Source: Eledone cirrhosa (Eukaryota). Taken from it: a stretch of 64,000 nt of DNA. The position numbers and the translations under genes were made by a program. Shown here in pieces: positions 30,930 through 45,620 of this stretch. The stretch is taken from contig OZ024743.1 of the NCBI GenBank assembly GCA_964016885.1, positions 14,384,001 through 14,448,000 on the forward strand, in the 5' to 3' direction. Positions within the stretch are counted from its first letter, which is position 1; each line of letters begins with the position of its first letter. The notes beneath the pieces are model-generated. The model saw nothing but the letters and a program-made list of their open reading frames with translations, ran no database searches and was not told the origin of the DNA.

Positions 30930-31098
30930 TTTGACTGAGCATACACAAGAAAGAACTATCAGAAGACGAAGAGCCAAGACCTACTTAAAGCAGATTTGTA
31001 AAGACGTAAACGTATCGAAAATGATGAACAATAGAGTTGGATGGCGACAGATTCAAGAGAATCCGTAGAAACAGTGCGACCTATTGATTGATTGATTA
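30930..31098 (+). mobile_element. RTE-type LINE 3' terminus
   Basis: RRRAKTYLKQICKD....MMNNRVGWR followed by a (TTGA)n tail. Confidence 0.55.
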
Positions 31099-32769
31099 AA
31101 CAATAAACCCTTGTTAAAATGGTGGTTTCTGAAATGAGACTTAAGCGAAACGTGCATGTTATCTCTAAGAAGTAATTACAAAGATTTCATCGAATCTAAT
31201 ATGTAGTCTAGAAGATCAGCGGTTTTGTGGTGCTTAAATATATACGTAAATAGGCATTAAGTGTAGCCTTTTCCAAATTCGAAATACCGGATATGACTTC
31301 ACAAGGGATAATTATCTTGAATATCAGCAGGATGTTATTTGGGTCGTGTATATATGGTAGCTATTGTGTTTCGTAGGGTAGGTGTTATCAAGAGATATTA
31401 TTAATAAGTCTAGAATTGAAATATATACTTCAATATATAGTTCAAAAAGGTATATTTGAGGTATTAGAAGAGATGTGTGAGGCATGAAAAAGAAAATAAA
31501 ACATTACAAGCACACTTTCCTTTATAGAAATAGTAGATAAAAGAGACAGGGCAAAGACAGAGTTGTATCCTCCTTGATCAAACGATATGAATTATTAATA
31601 TGCCATACGGCACGTGAGATAATAACTGCCAAGTCTTCTTCTTGCTATTATTCTGGGCTATCTTAGCTTCCATTTCTAGGAAACGACTCTCTCGTCGTTT
31701 TCCTTGCGATTAGACATACGGGGACATATTTTGTAATGGAATACATTGCACATGAGATGCATTTTACAAAATCAATGATAATTATGTCTCAGACTTAATT
31801 ATGTAAGTTCTGAATGTGTCCTTCTGCAGCTTGGACTTTCGCTCTTTCACGCTTTACATTAATAATTTGTTGAAGAATTTCGTATTTCAACCGATCTGCA
31901 AATACAACCAGAAAAGCGTTCAATGCCACATGATTTTCGCCATCGATGTTTGGTCACTAGACCTGACAATGTATATATGCAGGATTGTGTAAAGGCCGTT
32001 CAAGTGCTATTTCTTTAGGATACATACATGCCTGCTCTAACCAATCATCCCCTGACCGACATACAACAAAACCTCCACCATTGCGTGATGTAATATATGT
32101 GTATCATGATAGTTTATGTAAGTTCATCGGGAGACGAATTCATATATTTTAATAAGTATAAGGTAAAACCATTGTCCGCGGTCATTTTTTCTTAATGTAT
32201 TAGATCGCCATAATTGTGTAGTCTGTTGGATGTTTATAATTTTCATTTCACTCGCCCAGTAACTTCAAACATTTTCAAATGTAGTCGCATATTTACGTTG
32301 AATTGAAGGGAATGATCTGTTGGATTTACAATAGCGTACCAATCTTGGACAAAAGGTCCCTTCCTGCGAGTTTCTGGTGAATTAGTAATAAGATACAAAT
32401 ATTCTAAAATCCCGTCTTCATGGGTTATAAAAGTGGCGAGATGATTTGTCATTTTATAATTCTTTTGAAGCAGGTCTCACCTATGACCGAAGAATCTCAG
32501 TTAAATGTTAATCAGATCACACACTAAATTTCAAAAAATTTGGAAATGGCCTATTACCTAATGTAGTGCTATATAAAATATATTGGAATCAGATTTGATC
32601 ATAGACCTGTTCTCCCATGGCCATTGAACTTCATGAGATACAAAAAAAAAAAATGAAACATTCATGTCTTTCAGTCATACCAAATATTGCAGGTTAACTT
32701 TGTTTCCTCCGTATTTCATTCAGTGTAGATAGCAGCACTTATTTGCACAGGTAATAAGACAGCGATTTG

Positions 32770-33705
32770 TTTGGATGAAGTATATTTCTAATGTAAAGAG
32801 AGACTCAATTTGGTCTTTGACGAACCCAGACAAGTGCTGTTCGGAGAAAACGGGGTAGGTCCTAAATGGTAGCGGACTTTCGTTATCACTTAGTCGACTG
32901 ATGTGCAGTATTGTGAAAACAAGGTAACAGCAGCCAAGATTCGGGAAGACCTGGCCGACTGTAGGCAAACATTGCCCCTTTTGTTTCGTCTGCACTATAA
33001 GACTTATTTATATTTACCAGACCTGCTCTCAAATCTCCCCCAAGCCGTCTATTGGAACTGGCAACAGAACCCGATAATTCCTATTTAAGTGTGTCACGGA
33101 GTAGTAACCCTGATGAGGAAAGACGAGTGCGAGAGGGACTCATTAGATACTTTCAGGTCAATATCTCTGTTTAAGATATAACGCAGAGTTTAAGATTTTG
33201 TCCAACTTGTTAGCGAAGAGGTTGGCAGCATTAGGCGAGGGTTTGATACGGAGCGTGCACATTTGCGCAATGCTGACCAGATCGATGCATGACAACCTCC
33301 ACCTCATGAGATACATCATAGAGAGAATAAGGAGTAAACGTGGCTTTGGTGGGGCTATGATCAATTTGGCACAATCGAAATCCTTCGATTAGGTCGAACA
33401 TCGATACCTTTCCTCGTGGCCGTCGGCTTTGGTTCCTTCTTCAGAGGCTTAATCGCTGAAATGGACAGCGGCATCTGCTCGTGAACAAAGTCAATGGCGA
33501 CCTATAGGAATGTTTTTAGATTATGCTCTCGATCTGTCAAGGATGCTCAGGTTACTCCTTTCTGTAGGTACAGACTCTCAAGCCATTTTTCCGGAAGCTA
33601 GAGCTGTTGCAAGGCATCCCTCTGAAGTGGGGCTTGTAACGATTGTGTCGGTTTATGCAGATGTTACCGTCGTAATTTTCCCTGAAAGTGAAAACGAATA
33701 CAACT
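32770..33705 (+). pseudogene. Tx1/L1-clade RT fragment
   Basis: LAKRL...SMHDNLHLMRYII...AMINLAQSKSFD*VEH.Y, SICQGCS and VSVYADVTV (YADD). Confidence 0.8.
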
Positions 33706-33715
33706 AAGCATTCTA

Positions 33716-33780
33716 GAAGAAGAAGAAGAAGAAGAAGAAGAAGAAGAAGAAGAAGAAGAAGAAGAAGAAGAAGAAGAAGA
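33716..33780. repeat. (GAA)n microsatellite
   Basis: Read directly from the sequence. Confidence 0.95.
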
Positions 33781-34809
33781 CAGGTAATATTTCAAAATAT
33801 GTAAAAATAATCTACCAATAAACTTAACTTTAAGAAAAACAAATTAGATGGGATTTAGATGGGAATCTCAGTCTCAATTAAATATAAATCGTTTGAACTT
33901 TATCAGAAAATATTACTTTATATATAACAAGAACATTATAAATTTACCTCAGAACAAAGAATAAAAGGCAGATTCTAGGACTAATGATTACCCTTCATTA
34001 ATGTCGATGCACCCTTCCGTTTAATTAAAACTATAATTATAATAAAATTGATATCTCTTTACAACAGCTTAAATTAAATTAGGCATAGGGGAATTTATAT
34101 CACAAAGGCAAACACAATAATTATAATTAGTATTGTTTAGGTTTGTTTATTGTGAAAAGATCAAATTGAGACCTATCTTGCAAAGTACTTTTTATCTAAA
34201 TAATAGTTGGTTAGATAGTGATGAATATCACACGCTAGACAGATGTCAATGTTACAAGCTCGCTACCATCTTCTGACCGTAACATTACAACAGAAACGGA
34301 CGCTATCGATGATCGAACAACGAAGTGTCAGAAAAACAACAACATTATATTGAAACAGAAATATGATTAAAATTCAAAGTGTAACTGAATTCTTGGATTC
34401 GAAATTTGAAAATATAGATGATACCTCCGAATTAAAATTCGTATCAACAGTCTTGTGACGTAGATCCGCAAGAGATAGAAAACCAGGACACATTCTATAA
34501 TGTAACATGGATTTAGAAAATTAAGAGCTAAAAGGCATTTGGGTATGTGTCGCGTAGGTTAGTACAAACATGATGTGAAACAACATAGATTATACTAAAA
34601 GATCTCAATCAATATATAGTATATCAAGAAATACCGAGTAAAAATTCTCTTCTAGTTTCTCACTTGCCTGTTCCTGGGGGTTGTGGGGGCAAGGTCCTTC
34701 ATTACACTTTCTAGTATGTCCTGTCAGAAATAAAAATCTCCAATTGATCTGGCTGGGCACCTGACGAGCCCTGCCGGGCTCATGTATATTATCCAGCCAT
34801 TTTACTCGA

Positions 34810-37800
34810 GTTTAACATTTGGGTCTCCAGCTGGCTGGATTTGTAGTTAAAATGTCTCAGAAAACGATCGCTGCACAGAGTGTGCGTGCAAAATCAAAAT
34901 TGAACTTTTCAAACGTTGGCAAATCAGAAAGTAGAATGAAAATGGTGACAACAAGACATATTCTGAAAGATATTTTAGAAAGCATAGCATCACAAATTTA
35001 ATAATATCAGGTATATTATAACATGCTTCTCCTGCTTTTTAAGAAATTGTCAGAATCAGTCATTACACTGCCAACATAAACGTTTTTAACGCAAATCATG
35101 ATGCAAATCATATCGTCTTATCCTCCACTCTTCCACATTAGCGTGTATATATTTTTCTGCCCTAAATTGTCTCATCCATGTAGCTGCAAAGCCCTTTTTT
35201 TCTACAGAAAATTCCACTTAGATCAGTTCTCTTTTTCTGGAGAAACCTTGTCTGGAATTGGCAAATATTGCGTCCCAGCCTCTTATATTCCCTGGTTGTC
35301 TGGCAATTTTTCACAAAACGTTCTTCTACGATCATGATAAGACACTGCACAGTGTGGCAGTGATCTCTTGCTTTTGCCATATTTGCTGTAGAGGGATTGA
35401 GGTGGCAGTCCGATACAATTCATTCGACTGACGGGATCTATCTATTCAAGGCGATATTCGATGTTGAGGGCATTATTGATTTTGAACTGTTCATAGATTG
35501 TAAGATTGCTGACATAGTCCTCTTATTCAATATTCTTAATTGGTCAAATTTCTCCGGTGATAAACCCGTTCCAAGTTTCTGATATATCGCCAGCACAAGC
35601 TCCACGTTCCACAAATATTATGAAAATACACAGTTCATAACTGCACATTTTGTTATAAGCTATAATAAAAAATGTCAATAATTCAAGCTCCAGTAATGAC
35701 AATCAAGATACACTACACTATCAATTGAATTAGGACAACTCTAACATGTAAAATATAGTTATATATACATAATGTAATATATGATTGAGGAATATAATGA
35801 AACAAAAATTATATCTCAAAAGAGAATAAGAGTGTGTTTTTTTTAAATATATATAAATGTTTCTTGTTGAAATATTATTTGGACGTGCAATACAAAATTC
35901 TATTGTCAACTTACCAAAATGTTTATAAATTATGACGGCACCTGCATGAAAATGATTGACAATTTTTCGATGATGTCAGTGAGAATGTACGTTATGAAAT
36001 GAAAAACAAATACTAGTAATAAGATACTTACAAAGATATAAACGAATATTATCATTAATATGCCTGTTTAAATTATACAAAGGAGAAAAGCAGTGTGACC
36101 GATGCTGATATGTTATGAACAACGACAAAAATAAATCAAGTCTATTAATATATTCTGTCATTCAGTGGTGTGTAGTCATAGAGATGCAATCTATTACAAT
36201 TTGTTACTTAGTACACTTATCTCTATTTGCTAAACCACTAGAAAAGAGATAGTAGGAAATGAAAGGTATATATATATGAGATTGTGATGAAAGAGAAATA
36301 CAGAGCGAATAAACTAAAAAAAGGAGGGAGGCAAAAAGAAAGGATGATGAGACAAAGATATAAAAAGTGTAAAGATTGATAATAGAATACGAGAAGTAAA
36401 ATGTGAATTAAAGGAATAATACAAGCTAGGAAAGATTGACACATAAAAGAACAGAGAAGGGTTGGAGTAAAATCTAAAATGGATACAATGAGATTGTACT
36501 TTATTAAAAACTTAAACAATATATGTTTTTTGGTAAGAACGCTTATTTATTATTCAATATACTGCGGCTGCTTTCTCTGCAAATGAAAAAAAACAAAAAG
36601 CAAAATATATATATATTCCGGAAAAAAATGCTATTGTAAACCCTTATTCAACACATTTCTACAGTAGTTCGGAGAGGTATTATTTCATCAAATTGAGTTA
36701 TATGCGCAAAAATATATTGCTACTTTCCTGAAATAGGTGGCATCATTACGTCGCTCTGCTAGTATAATTGTTAATGTTACTAACATTTTCATCATAATTA
36801 CCAATATATTGCAGAGCTAATTCAACCGACAACCATGCAACATTAGTATTCAAATGTGAATGTTACTAATATGGAAAACTAATTCTCTACGGGATTTAAA
36901 CTGAGATGTTAGAAAACAGATTATAATTAGTGAAATGTATGGAGTTTGACAACTTATAGTTCGTATCATCAAATTACGTAATGATAATACGGATGATTTA
37001 ATAGGTACACCATTTTGTTTAGTTGTATTTAAGTATGCATACTTCACTCTCTTTTCTATTACTGCTGTCAATTTAAAGTTTCGAAGCTGACAGTGAAGAG
37101 AAATTTAAACTACATTACTAATATGTATTTATTCAATATCCCATGAAGCCTGGAATGAAACGTTATTAGAAATTGTGCGTTTGCATTATTATGGTTCAGA
37201 TGATTTTATGAGGAATCTGTTGAAGCAAAACATTGAAGCAAAACCGCCTTAACCTTCAAATATCTGTCACCTTGCAAAAATAACATGAACCTTTCCTAAA
37301 TCGAAATTGTTCTATGCCAATAATATGTAATGATTTGATGGACATAAATCGTTACACATTGGCAAATGTTCAATGAAATACTTCAGACTATATTTTGTTT
37401 CTCAGCATGGATTATTTAGCTAACCCTGACAATTTAACAACAACATTCTAGTTAAATGCTGATTATTTCATTTGAAATAGCCTTTAATATTTCTTTATTA
37501 TGTTACCAATATTTGTATCTGGAGTGAGGTATCTATAAGATATAAGAACAAAAGCGATTACTTCTATCCCATCAATTTTAAATTGGCGTTTATCATTACA
37601 GAGAGAAAAAGTCGATTTCTACTTAAAGATATTCAACTGCTACGATTCTACAATGACGCCAGTTCACGGGCCTAATCTCTGCTCCACTTTAAACACTAGG
37701 AAATTAATTTTCTGTCCTGTATAACATTAATTACTCTGAACGTGCACAGGGCATGGTAACATATAAATCCTGATCATATATTTTAATATCAAATGCTTCG
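34810..37800 (-). pseudogene. Possible highly decayed LRR-containing adhesion GPCR
   Basis: Ordered remnants on the minus strand: LRR-like (SLSRNRL, VLSLRNLMIRTI, HCFSPLYNLN), GAIN-like (SNIALN), GPS-like (CSYMD..WKSGG*..MIC), TM2-3-like (KISFRICLVVTIFILL..TLCAAIVF*DIL..ASW). Matched by eye only. Confidence 0.35.
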
Positions 37801-39279
37801 TTCTTAATTGTTTTCTCAATTACGTATGCTGAAGTTTACGTGACTAATCAAATTAAGCCTCAGACAGGTGTTATAGTAAAACAATGTTTAAATAAATGTA
37901 GCCACTAGAAAATGCAAGTGATTAATCCGATCCAAAAACTAATGTAAATTGCCTATAGAAGAAATGCAATCACTCATCATAATTTCTCCCTCTTCTTAAT
38001 TAACTGTAATCAAGGAAATGAAGAAAAAAATTAATGTAATCAAAGCAAATGGAAACGGCAGTAACTGAAAATAACAACAAGGAAACATAACAAAATTTAA
38101 AGAATACAGAGAAATAACTAACAGCAACAAAATAAAACATAAATAACACCAACATGACTAATATCCACAACAACTAGAACAAAAAGAGGATCAACATCAA
38201 GTGCAACTGTCGCAGAACTTGAAAATGCAGACAATAAAAAACAAGAACTAGGATATCATTAGGTAATCTATAAAGAACTCACATTCAAAATCAATAGTGA
38301 ATAACACTCATTGGAACATATTTTTTTAGTTTTGTTCTTGTTTTTCCTCTTTCACGTCTCTCTCAGCCCCCCACCCACCCTCTCTCACTAGCTCTCTTTC
38401 TCTCACTCTCCTTCTCTCTCTCTCTTTATTTTTTCTGCTTTTTTATGTTTGCTGCATTGATTGTTATAGAATTGTTTGGATCTTGTATTTTCAATGTTCC
38501 TTGAGCTCTATTGTTCACAACCGACTCATCTTGCCTTCAATGTTATTATTATTATTGGCTATTATTTTGAGCAGGTGCGTTTTTGTCGGCTTCTCTTAAA
38601 TGTGTTGTTTTCACAGATTATCAATCGTTTTTGTTGTTGTTTTTGTTTCAAACGAGACATAAGTCATCAGTCCAGCTCTCAAACAGGGACACCCCATAAT
38701 ATTTGGGATTTGTGCCCAAATATTTGAAATTTACAATCTGTATTTTCAATCAGAATGTTTTTTTAAACATAGCGACGACATAATTCTCCAAAATCCGGCA
38801 GAACTCCATAAACATGCGACCGCGACTGGATCTGGAATCTAAAAGTTGGCAATAGCGCAACTAATTCCACCACCACCAGCTCTCTGCTCTTGCACCACTA
38901 TAGACATCAGCAACAAGAAGAGAAAGATCTTCAACTGCAACATTAAAATAAAACAACAGCAACCGAAACAACAGGAATGACATCAAAAGCAGCAGCAGCA
39001 ACAGCAGCACAGCAGTGTGAAAAACAACAATAATAGCAAGTATAACAACAACGACAAAATCAGCAGCAGAACCAATAGAGACGGCAACAAAAACAGCAGC
39101 ACCAGCAACGGCAAGATTAATAGCGACAACATTAAATATATGAAAGCAACAAGCAGACCAACAAGCCGTTTAAGCATAGGGTGAAGCAACGAACCGCAAG
39201 AGCCAGCCAAACATTAACGACATAGGTTCAATGAAAACAAAAGTCATTACCAGAAACAAGAGTCGGGTAATACTAACTC

Positions 39280-39622
39280 TGATAAAGAAAGAGGTGACCA
39301 AGAGGGACACATTACTCTGCTAAAATCAGCGTTTATGATTTTGGCCAAGATGTTAGTGAAGAGAGAACATGTTTAAAAGGAGAGCTGCAAAAATTAAAAA
39401 ACACGACTAGGTCCATACACGATAACCTCCACCTCTTGCGATACATCATAGAGAGGGAAGGGAGTAAGCAAGGCTTTGGTGGGGCTATGATCAGTTTGGA
39501 TCAATTAAAAGCCATCTGATAGGGTCCACCATCGATACATGCACGCTGTCCTTATAGCAACCGGCTGTGGTCCCCTTTCCTGAGGTTGGATCGCTGCAGT
39601 GCACAGCGGCATCTGCTCGGGG
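39280..39622 (+). pseudogene. Second Tx1/L1-clade RT fragment
   Basis: Clear nucleotide similarity to ~33290-33480 (gataacctccacctc..gatacatcatagagag..ggctttggtggggctatgatc). Confidence 0.75.
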
Positions 39623-39626
39623 TCCC

Positions 39627-39683
<57 letters not shown>
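39627..39683. repeat. (TAG)n microsatellite
   Basis: Read directly from the sequence. Confidence 0.95.
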
Positions 39684-40510
39684 AGTAGCAGCAGCAGGAG
39701 CAGCAGTACTTAATACAATTTACATATATCGATAATATCCATGATTATGTTGCCGGTTATGTACTACTTCATTTCACTGCTTATTTTGCTTGTCAATATT
39801 GCTACAGCTACTGTTGTTTCTGATGCTGATGCTCTTATTTGTACTCCAGAGTTTGATGTATTTTGCGGGCACGTGTTTTTTTTTTGTTTTGTTTTTCACA
39901 TTAATTTTTCCCTTCCTCCTATCCTGATTTATATTTTCCTCATTTTTAATATTGTCTTTATTGGGATCAGCATCGACATCATTTTATATACCACTAAGAG
40001 CACCAGTACTCTAATGACCATTTGGATATTGTGATTGCCTTAGAAGAGTAGCATGTAAAAACAGAAATTGCCGGCAAACATACTACTGATAAATAAGTAA
40101 ATAAATATTAGATGGGCGGTATGTCCTACTTGGAATGTACATCTTATTTTTAAATTTTATATTCCAGTATTTTCTCCGAATCCAACAACCCCAAGGGAAA
40201 AAAATTACTGTTAACTCCTTTTCTTTAATGTCTTTTCGCATTTTGATCGAGATTAATTACTCTGATACCCATGAGCCATCGACAGTTTCTTATTACATAA
40301 TAGTTTAACATACTCTAGCAACTCTTTACGTGTGAATATTAATACATGCATGCATTTATCATTTATGTATGTATTTATGTTATGATCGGACATACATGCA
40401 TACACACATACATATCTACATACATACAAACCTAAACACATACAAATATATATATATTTATATAATACAATATGTAGAGAAGATAACACACCAGAGAGAT
40501 TTATCGTGAT

Positions 40511-40606
<96 letters not shown>

Positions 40607-41020
40607 ATAATATATCTATTCATATATGTACGAATATGTGAGTATATTTTCTCTTTTAGTATTGTTATTTTATTTCGCTCTCAATTTTCATCAATACAGT
40701 AATCAAAAATGTAAAATAAATTGGGAAGAACTCATCAAAACATTCCACATCTCTTTTCCAATTCATCATTTATTTTCTTTAATTATGTTTTTATTTATGT
40801 TTCTTTAATATCATATTTTCTTTTTTTAAGTTATTTACCATACAGGCTACATGTCAGTGTAATATTAAACAATGATTTATTTCTGCGCCATAAATATAGT
40901 TTTTTTTAATGTTGAGATGTTGAGGCGAAAACACATAGTCTGTTGATATGGCTTATCTGTAATATATATATATATAAAAATTAAATAATTAATTCTGAAA
41001 CTTTCAATTATGAAAACACC

Positions 41021-41054
<34 letters not shown>

Positions 41055-41157
41055 CGTGTGTGTCTGTTTTTATGTGTGTGTGTATGTGTTTGTGAGTGTG
41101 TGAGAGAGAGAGAGAGTTGGGAGAGGGAGAGAGGGAGAGCGAGCAGGTACATTAATT

Positions 41158-41342
41158 AATTGTTTCTACTTTTGGCACAAGGCCAGCAATTACCCAGTAC
41201 ATTACTGATACTTTATTTTATCGACCCCATAAGGATGAAAGGCAAAGTTAACCTCGGCGGGATTTGAACTCAGAATGGCAAGGGCCGTAACTCTATGCGT
41301 CAAAGCATGGCGTCCAACCCTCTGCCGATACTGCCAATTCAC
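41158..41342 (-). mobile_element. Near full-length Octopus-type SINE
   Basis: Best-preserved copy of the family. Confidence 0.85.
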
Positions 41343-43434
41343 ATTAATTTATATCGATTAATATCTCACACGGTCTATCATCTTAAACCGGCAGTCGTTA
41401 ATTTAGTTCAAGCATCACTCAGTATTTCAATCTACAGAAATGTGTTGAAAGACGGAGACATCATCATGTACTTCGAAATTATAACACATGTATGAGTGTA
41501 AGTGATGTAAACAGGCAAAGCGCAATTCTGTGTTTGAAGCAGTTATATTAATATGGTCTGTCGTATAGGATATAAATATCTAGCTTGTAATAAATACCTA
41601 AGAACTCGTTAATATGAACTAAAATAATTTTCTCTTGTGCAGTATATACTTGATATAGGTATATAGCTTTTTTTAATTTATAACTTTAAGTTACTTTTTT
41701 TTATTTTGCTATCTTTCACTACATTATGGGGCATATTAGGGTTAATTTAATATATTACAACATTTTCAGAATGTATGGACTTTTCTATAAGCACGTTATT
41801 TTGCTCAACATCTATTCATATAGTGCATCTGTTGCAATCACAGTTTTTTTAAGGAGCAAGTTAGATGAGTTGACCATTTAGGTATTCGTAGTTTATCATA
41901 TGACACTTTGAACATATTTCTTTTATTTATCATTACAAATGACGTGTAACGTACATATATGCTTCGGTTCTAATAATTTAATACATGTAAATACACGGGG
42001 TTCTCATTTTTCCGCTTTACTAATATAGTAGTTGTAAAGATTGGAGTAGTTAATCTTTTCCCCTATTTTCACTTCATTCATTCATTTGTTCTTCTTATTT
42101 AGATACATATATTTCTAAAAAATATGGTTTCCGTATGCTTTTGATACAATAATAGAGTATCTAAATTATCTCCGTGTGATAACGACGGCAATTTATTCTC
42201 ACCAGCATTATAATTTTTAACATGGATCGAAACACATTCATCATCAGGAATATCATTGTCACCATATATCATCACCACCATCAACATCATCATAAATATA
42301 ATAACCACCATCTCCCCCACTGCCACCATGATTGATTGAAGCAATATTTTCCTAGTATTACTAACTTAACGTATTCTATGATTGCCTATATCTGATGATT
42401 TACTATTTATACTCTCACCGGCGTCAGTAATTGGTGAAGCAGATTAAATGTTGTGTTAATCTCGTTTGTGTATCGAAAGACTACAGACTTAAAATCTAAG
42501 ATGCCATCTATGAATGAATTTGTAACCATTACCATCATCACAATTAACATGATAAATTTAGACAAAAACATTCGATTACAATTTATGTCTTGCTGCTGTT
42601 GCGCTTTAGTTAGCTTAACATCGGTTGTGATCTAAAAGACGTATATGCATTTCATATGCCAGAATTATAGACTCCAATAGACAAATATATAACACAGGGA
42701 GGTGTGTTTTGCTGTACATTTAACTGCTTATGTGTACTGGGGGGGGGGGGGGGGTCATTTAGCTGCACATTTATACCCAAAAGTCAGAAAGAAAAGAAAG
42801 AAAATCACAGAATTTTTTTCATATAGTACATTTAGTAGAATCAGCCTGAAATATCATGTCATTTTTTTTTCTAGAGATATTCAATATGTAGCCTGTCTTG
42901 TAACTGTAATTGTCATGCAACTAACATGTCATAAGTTATCGTACTGCCTGTTGACTCAGGTACAAAATTAACAAAGTAAAATATCTGGCAGAAATTCGGG
43001 TTTTCCTGTTTCATAGCTGCTGATATATTCCTGGTTTAATCTGTAAAACAAGGAATTACACAATGTTATTTCTATGATAATATGCACCTAATTAAAGACA
43101 CTAAAATATACACTCTACAAATAAAAGTGTCCATTAACATACTTAGTAATGGCAGTTGTGGATTATTCAACAAGGGCAAAATATTTTAATGCGACGAATA
43201 ATCTATGGAGATACAACTGATCCAGTTGTCTCGTCCATTCTCACCGTTATATTTTCTATCAGCCATCTCAAACCTTGAATCCCACATTACAACTGATGTC
43301 ACCTTATGAAATGGAAACCAAGTTACCAGTCCAGTGCTAGCAACTCTTTCATAATATGAAAACTTTCGGTTTTCCTCGAAAAACAAACAGCTAGTATATA
43401 TATATATATATATATATTTATTAAAATAACAGAT

Positions 43435-43495
<61 letters not shown>

Positions 43496-43506
43496 GTATA
43501 TGTATA

Positions 43507-43570
<64 letters not shown>

Positions 43571-43575
<5 letters not shown>

Positions 43576-44605
43576 AATAAAGATGAAATCGAAAATGCAA
43601 CTGGAGTCTTCTTTTTTTAAATATATATATTTATTTGGTTCCTTTACCGGTTTCGCAGTTCTGCTTTTTAAAAGTAGAATGAGACGGAGGGTCTGTGGAT
43701 TTTCTCACATCTGGTTGGTCTTTCAATGTTAGTTCTGTTTTATATGGAAAAAAGTGGCTCGAAATGTCAGGTTTTTAGAGAAGTAATGTATTTGGTTGGT
43801 GAATAAGTATAATAAAAATGCGCGCCTGTTCGCATTACAAAGTTCTTCAAACAAGGGAGGAAGGGCTCGGGTTGTTTTTTCACATATTAGTGAAGTTTGG
43901 TTGGTTGATGCAGTCACGCGAATAAGCACATCAGCTTTCGCGCCAGTTTGTGTTTGAATTTCTTTTTACTTAAAAAAAATGTGGCTCACGAATGCTTATT
44001 TTTATAAATGCAATTTGATTGGTTATAAATGAAATTATGACTGTCACGTGAACAAGAACATTAAATTTGCGCCCGTATTTTGGAATTTATTTATAGCCAT
44101 TTAGAGAATTGTGAGCCAAACAAAAGATGATGGTCAAGAAAAAGGAATGGAGAGAATTGTTCTGCGTATGACTGATGTGCTGAAATGTAATTTGATTGGT
44201 TATAAATGAAATTATGGCTGTAACGTCGACACGTACATTAAATTTCGCGCCCGTATTTGGGAATTTATTTTGTAGCCTTTTAGAGAATTTTATGCCAAAC
44301 TGACACATACATACACACACACATATAACACCTTCTACTTTAGAAAATAAAAACCAGAACTAAATAAAACTTAACATACATTAATAGTCTAACACCTTAA
44401 CATGCTAACCACACACACATAACTCCCTCCCCCATTTCTACTAACGGAATTATTTTCCTACACACACACACACACACAAAAATATATATATATTCTCTCC
44501 ATCTTAACATGCTAATCATATTCCCACACACACATACTCACACACACATAATACCCATACACACACAACTCCCTCCCCCATTTCTACTAATAGAATCATT
44601 TTCCT

Positions 44606-44637
<32 letters not shown>

Positions 44638-44761
44638 TATATATATTCTCTCCATCTTAACATGCTAACCATACTTCCACACACACATACACACACACAC
44701 AAATATATATATATTCTCTCCATCTTAACATGCTAACCATACTACTAATATAATCATCATC

Positions 44762-44805
<44 letters not shown>

Positions 44806-45564
44806 GCACACAAATAAACATACATATCTCTACTTTCGTTATTTCAATAGTCTGTATTCTGACACTCCAACGCACCAGCCATATTCACTGAACCAGAACT
44901 ATTCTCCCCATCCCGTTTTTATTGACCATTATCTTTTGATTGGCACAATATTCTCTAAAAGGCTACAAAATAAATTCCCCAAAACGGGCAAGAAATTGTA
45001 TGTACTTGTTCACGTGACAGTCATAATGTCATTTATAACCAATCAAATTACATTTCAGCACATCAGTCATACTCAGAACAACTCTCTCCATCCATTTTTC
45101 TTGACCATTATCCTTTGCTTGGCACAACATTCTCTAAATGGCTATAAAAAAAATACCAAAATATGGGAGCGAAATTTAATGTTCTTGTTCACGTGACAGT
45201 CATAATTTCATTTATAACCAATCAAATTGCATTTATTAAAAAAAGCCTTCGTAGGCCACTTTTTTCCATATAAAACCAACCTAATTACTTCTCTAAAAAC
45301 CTGGCATTTCGAGCGACATGTTTCCATATAAAACAGAAGTTGCATTCAAAGACCAACCAGATGTGAGAAAAACCACAGACCCTCCATCTCAATTCTAATT
45401 TTTAAAAGTAGAAGAACTGCGAAACCGGTAAAGGAACGAAATAAATATTTTTTTTTTTTTTAAAAAGGTTCCAGTTTCATTTTCGATTTCATCTTTTTTC
45501 CTTATTCTTTCACTCGTGTAGGATACCTCGGATATTTTTCATTTTGTAAAAAAAACCTCACCTT

Positions 45565-45568
<4 letters not shown>
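43571..45568. mobile_element. Fold-back PLE pseudo-LTR pair (arms ~43571-44299 and ~44940-45504)
   Basis: Diverged inverted arms with an internal ~180-bp tandem subrepeat and degenerate GAAAccggTA hammerheads; spacer carries tandem tattctctccatcttaacatgctaa units; (TA)n flanks. Confidence 0.75.
43642..43674 (-). ncRNA. Degenerate minimal hammerhead (mirror ~45397-45434, plus)
   Basis: ctt-TTAAAAA-gcag aa ctgc-GAAA-ccgg-TA-aag; G5 is mutated, so probably inactive. Confidence 0.55.

Positions 45569-45620
<52 letters not shown>

Noticed and set aside
41158-41342. tRNA genes suggested by B-box GTTCAAATCC motifs
   Set aside because: They are part of the tRNA-derived SINE head; no cloverleaf.
44400-44800. 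Regularly recurring ~28-bp repeats with spacers (CRISPR-like)
   Set aside because: The spacers are related CA-rich sequence, the context is eukaryotic and there are no cas genes; this is an ordinary minisatellite.
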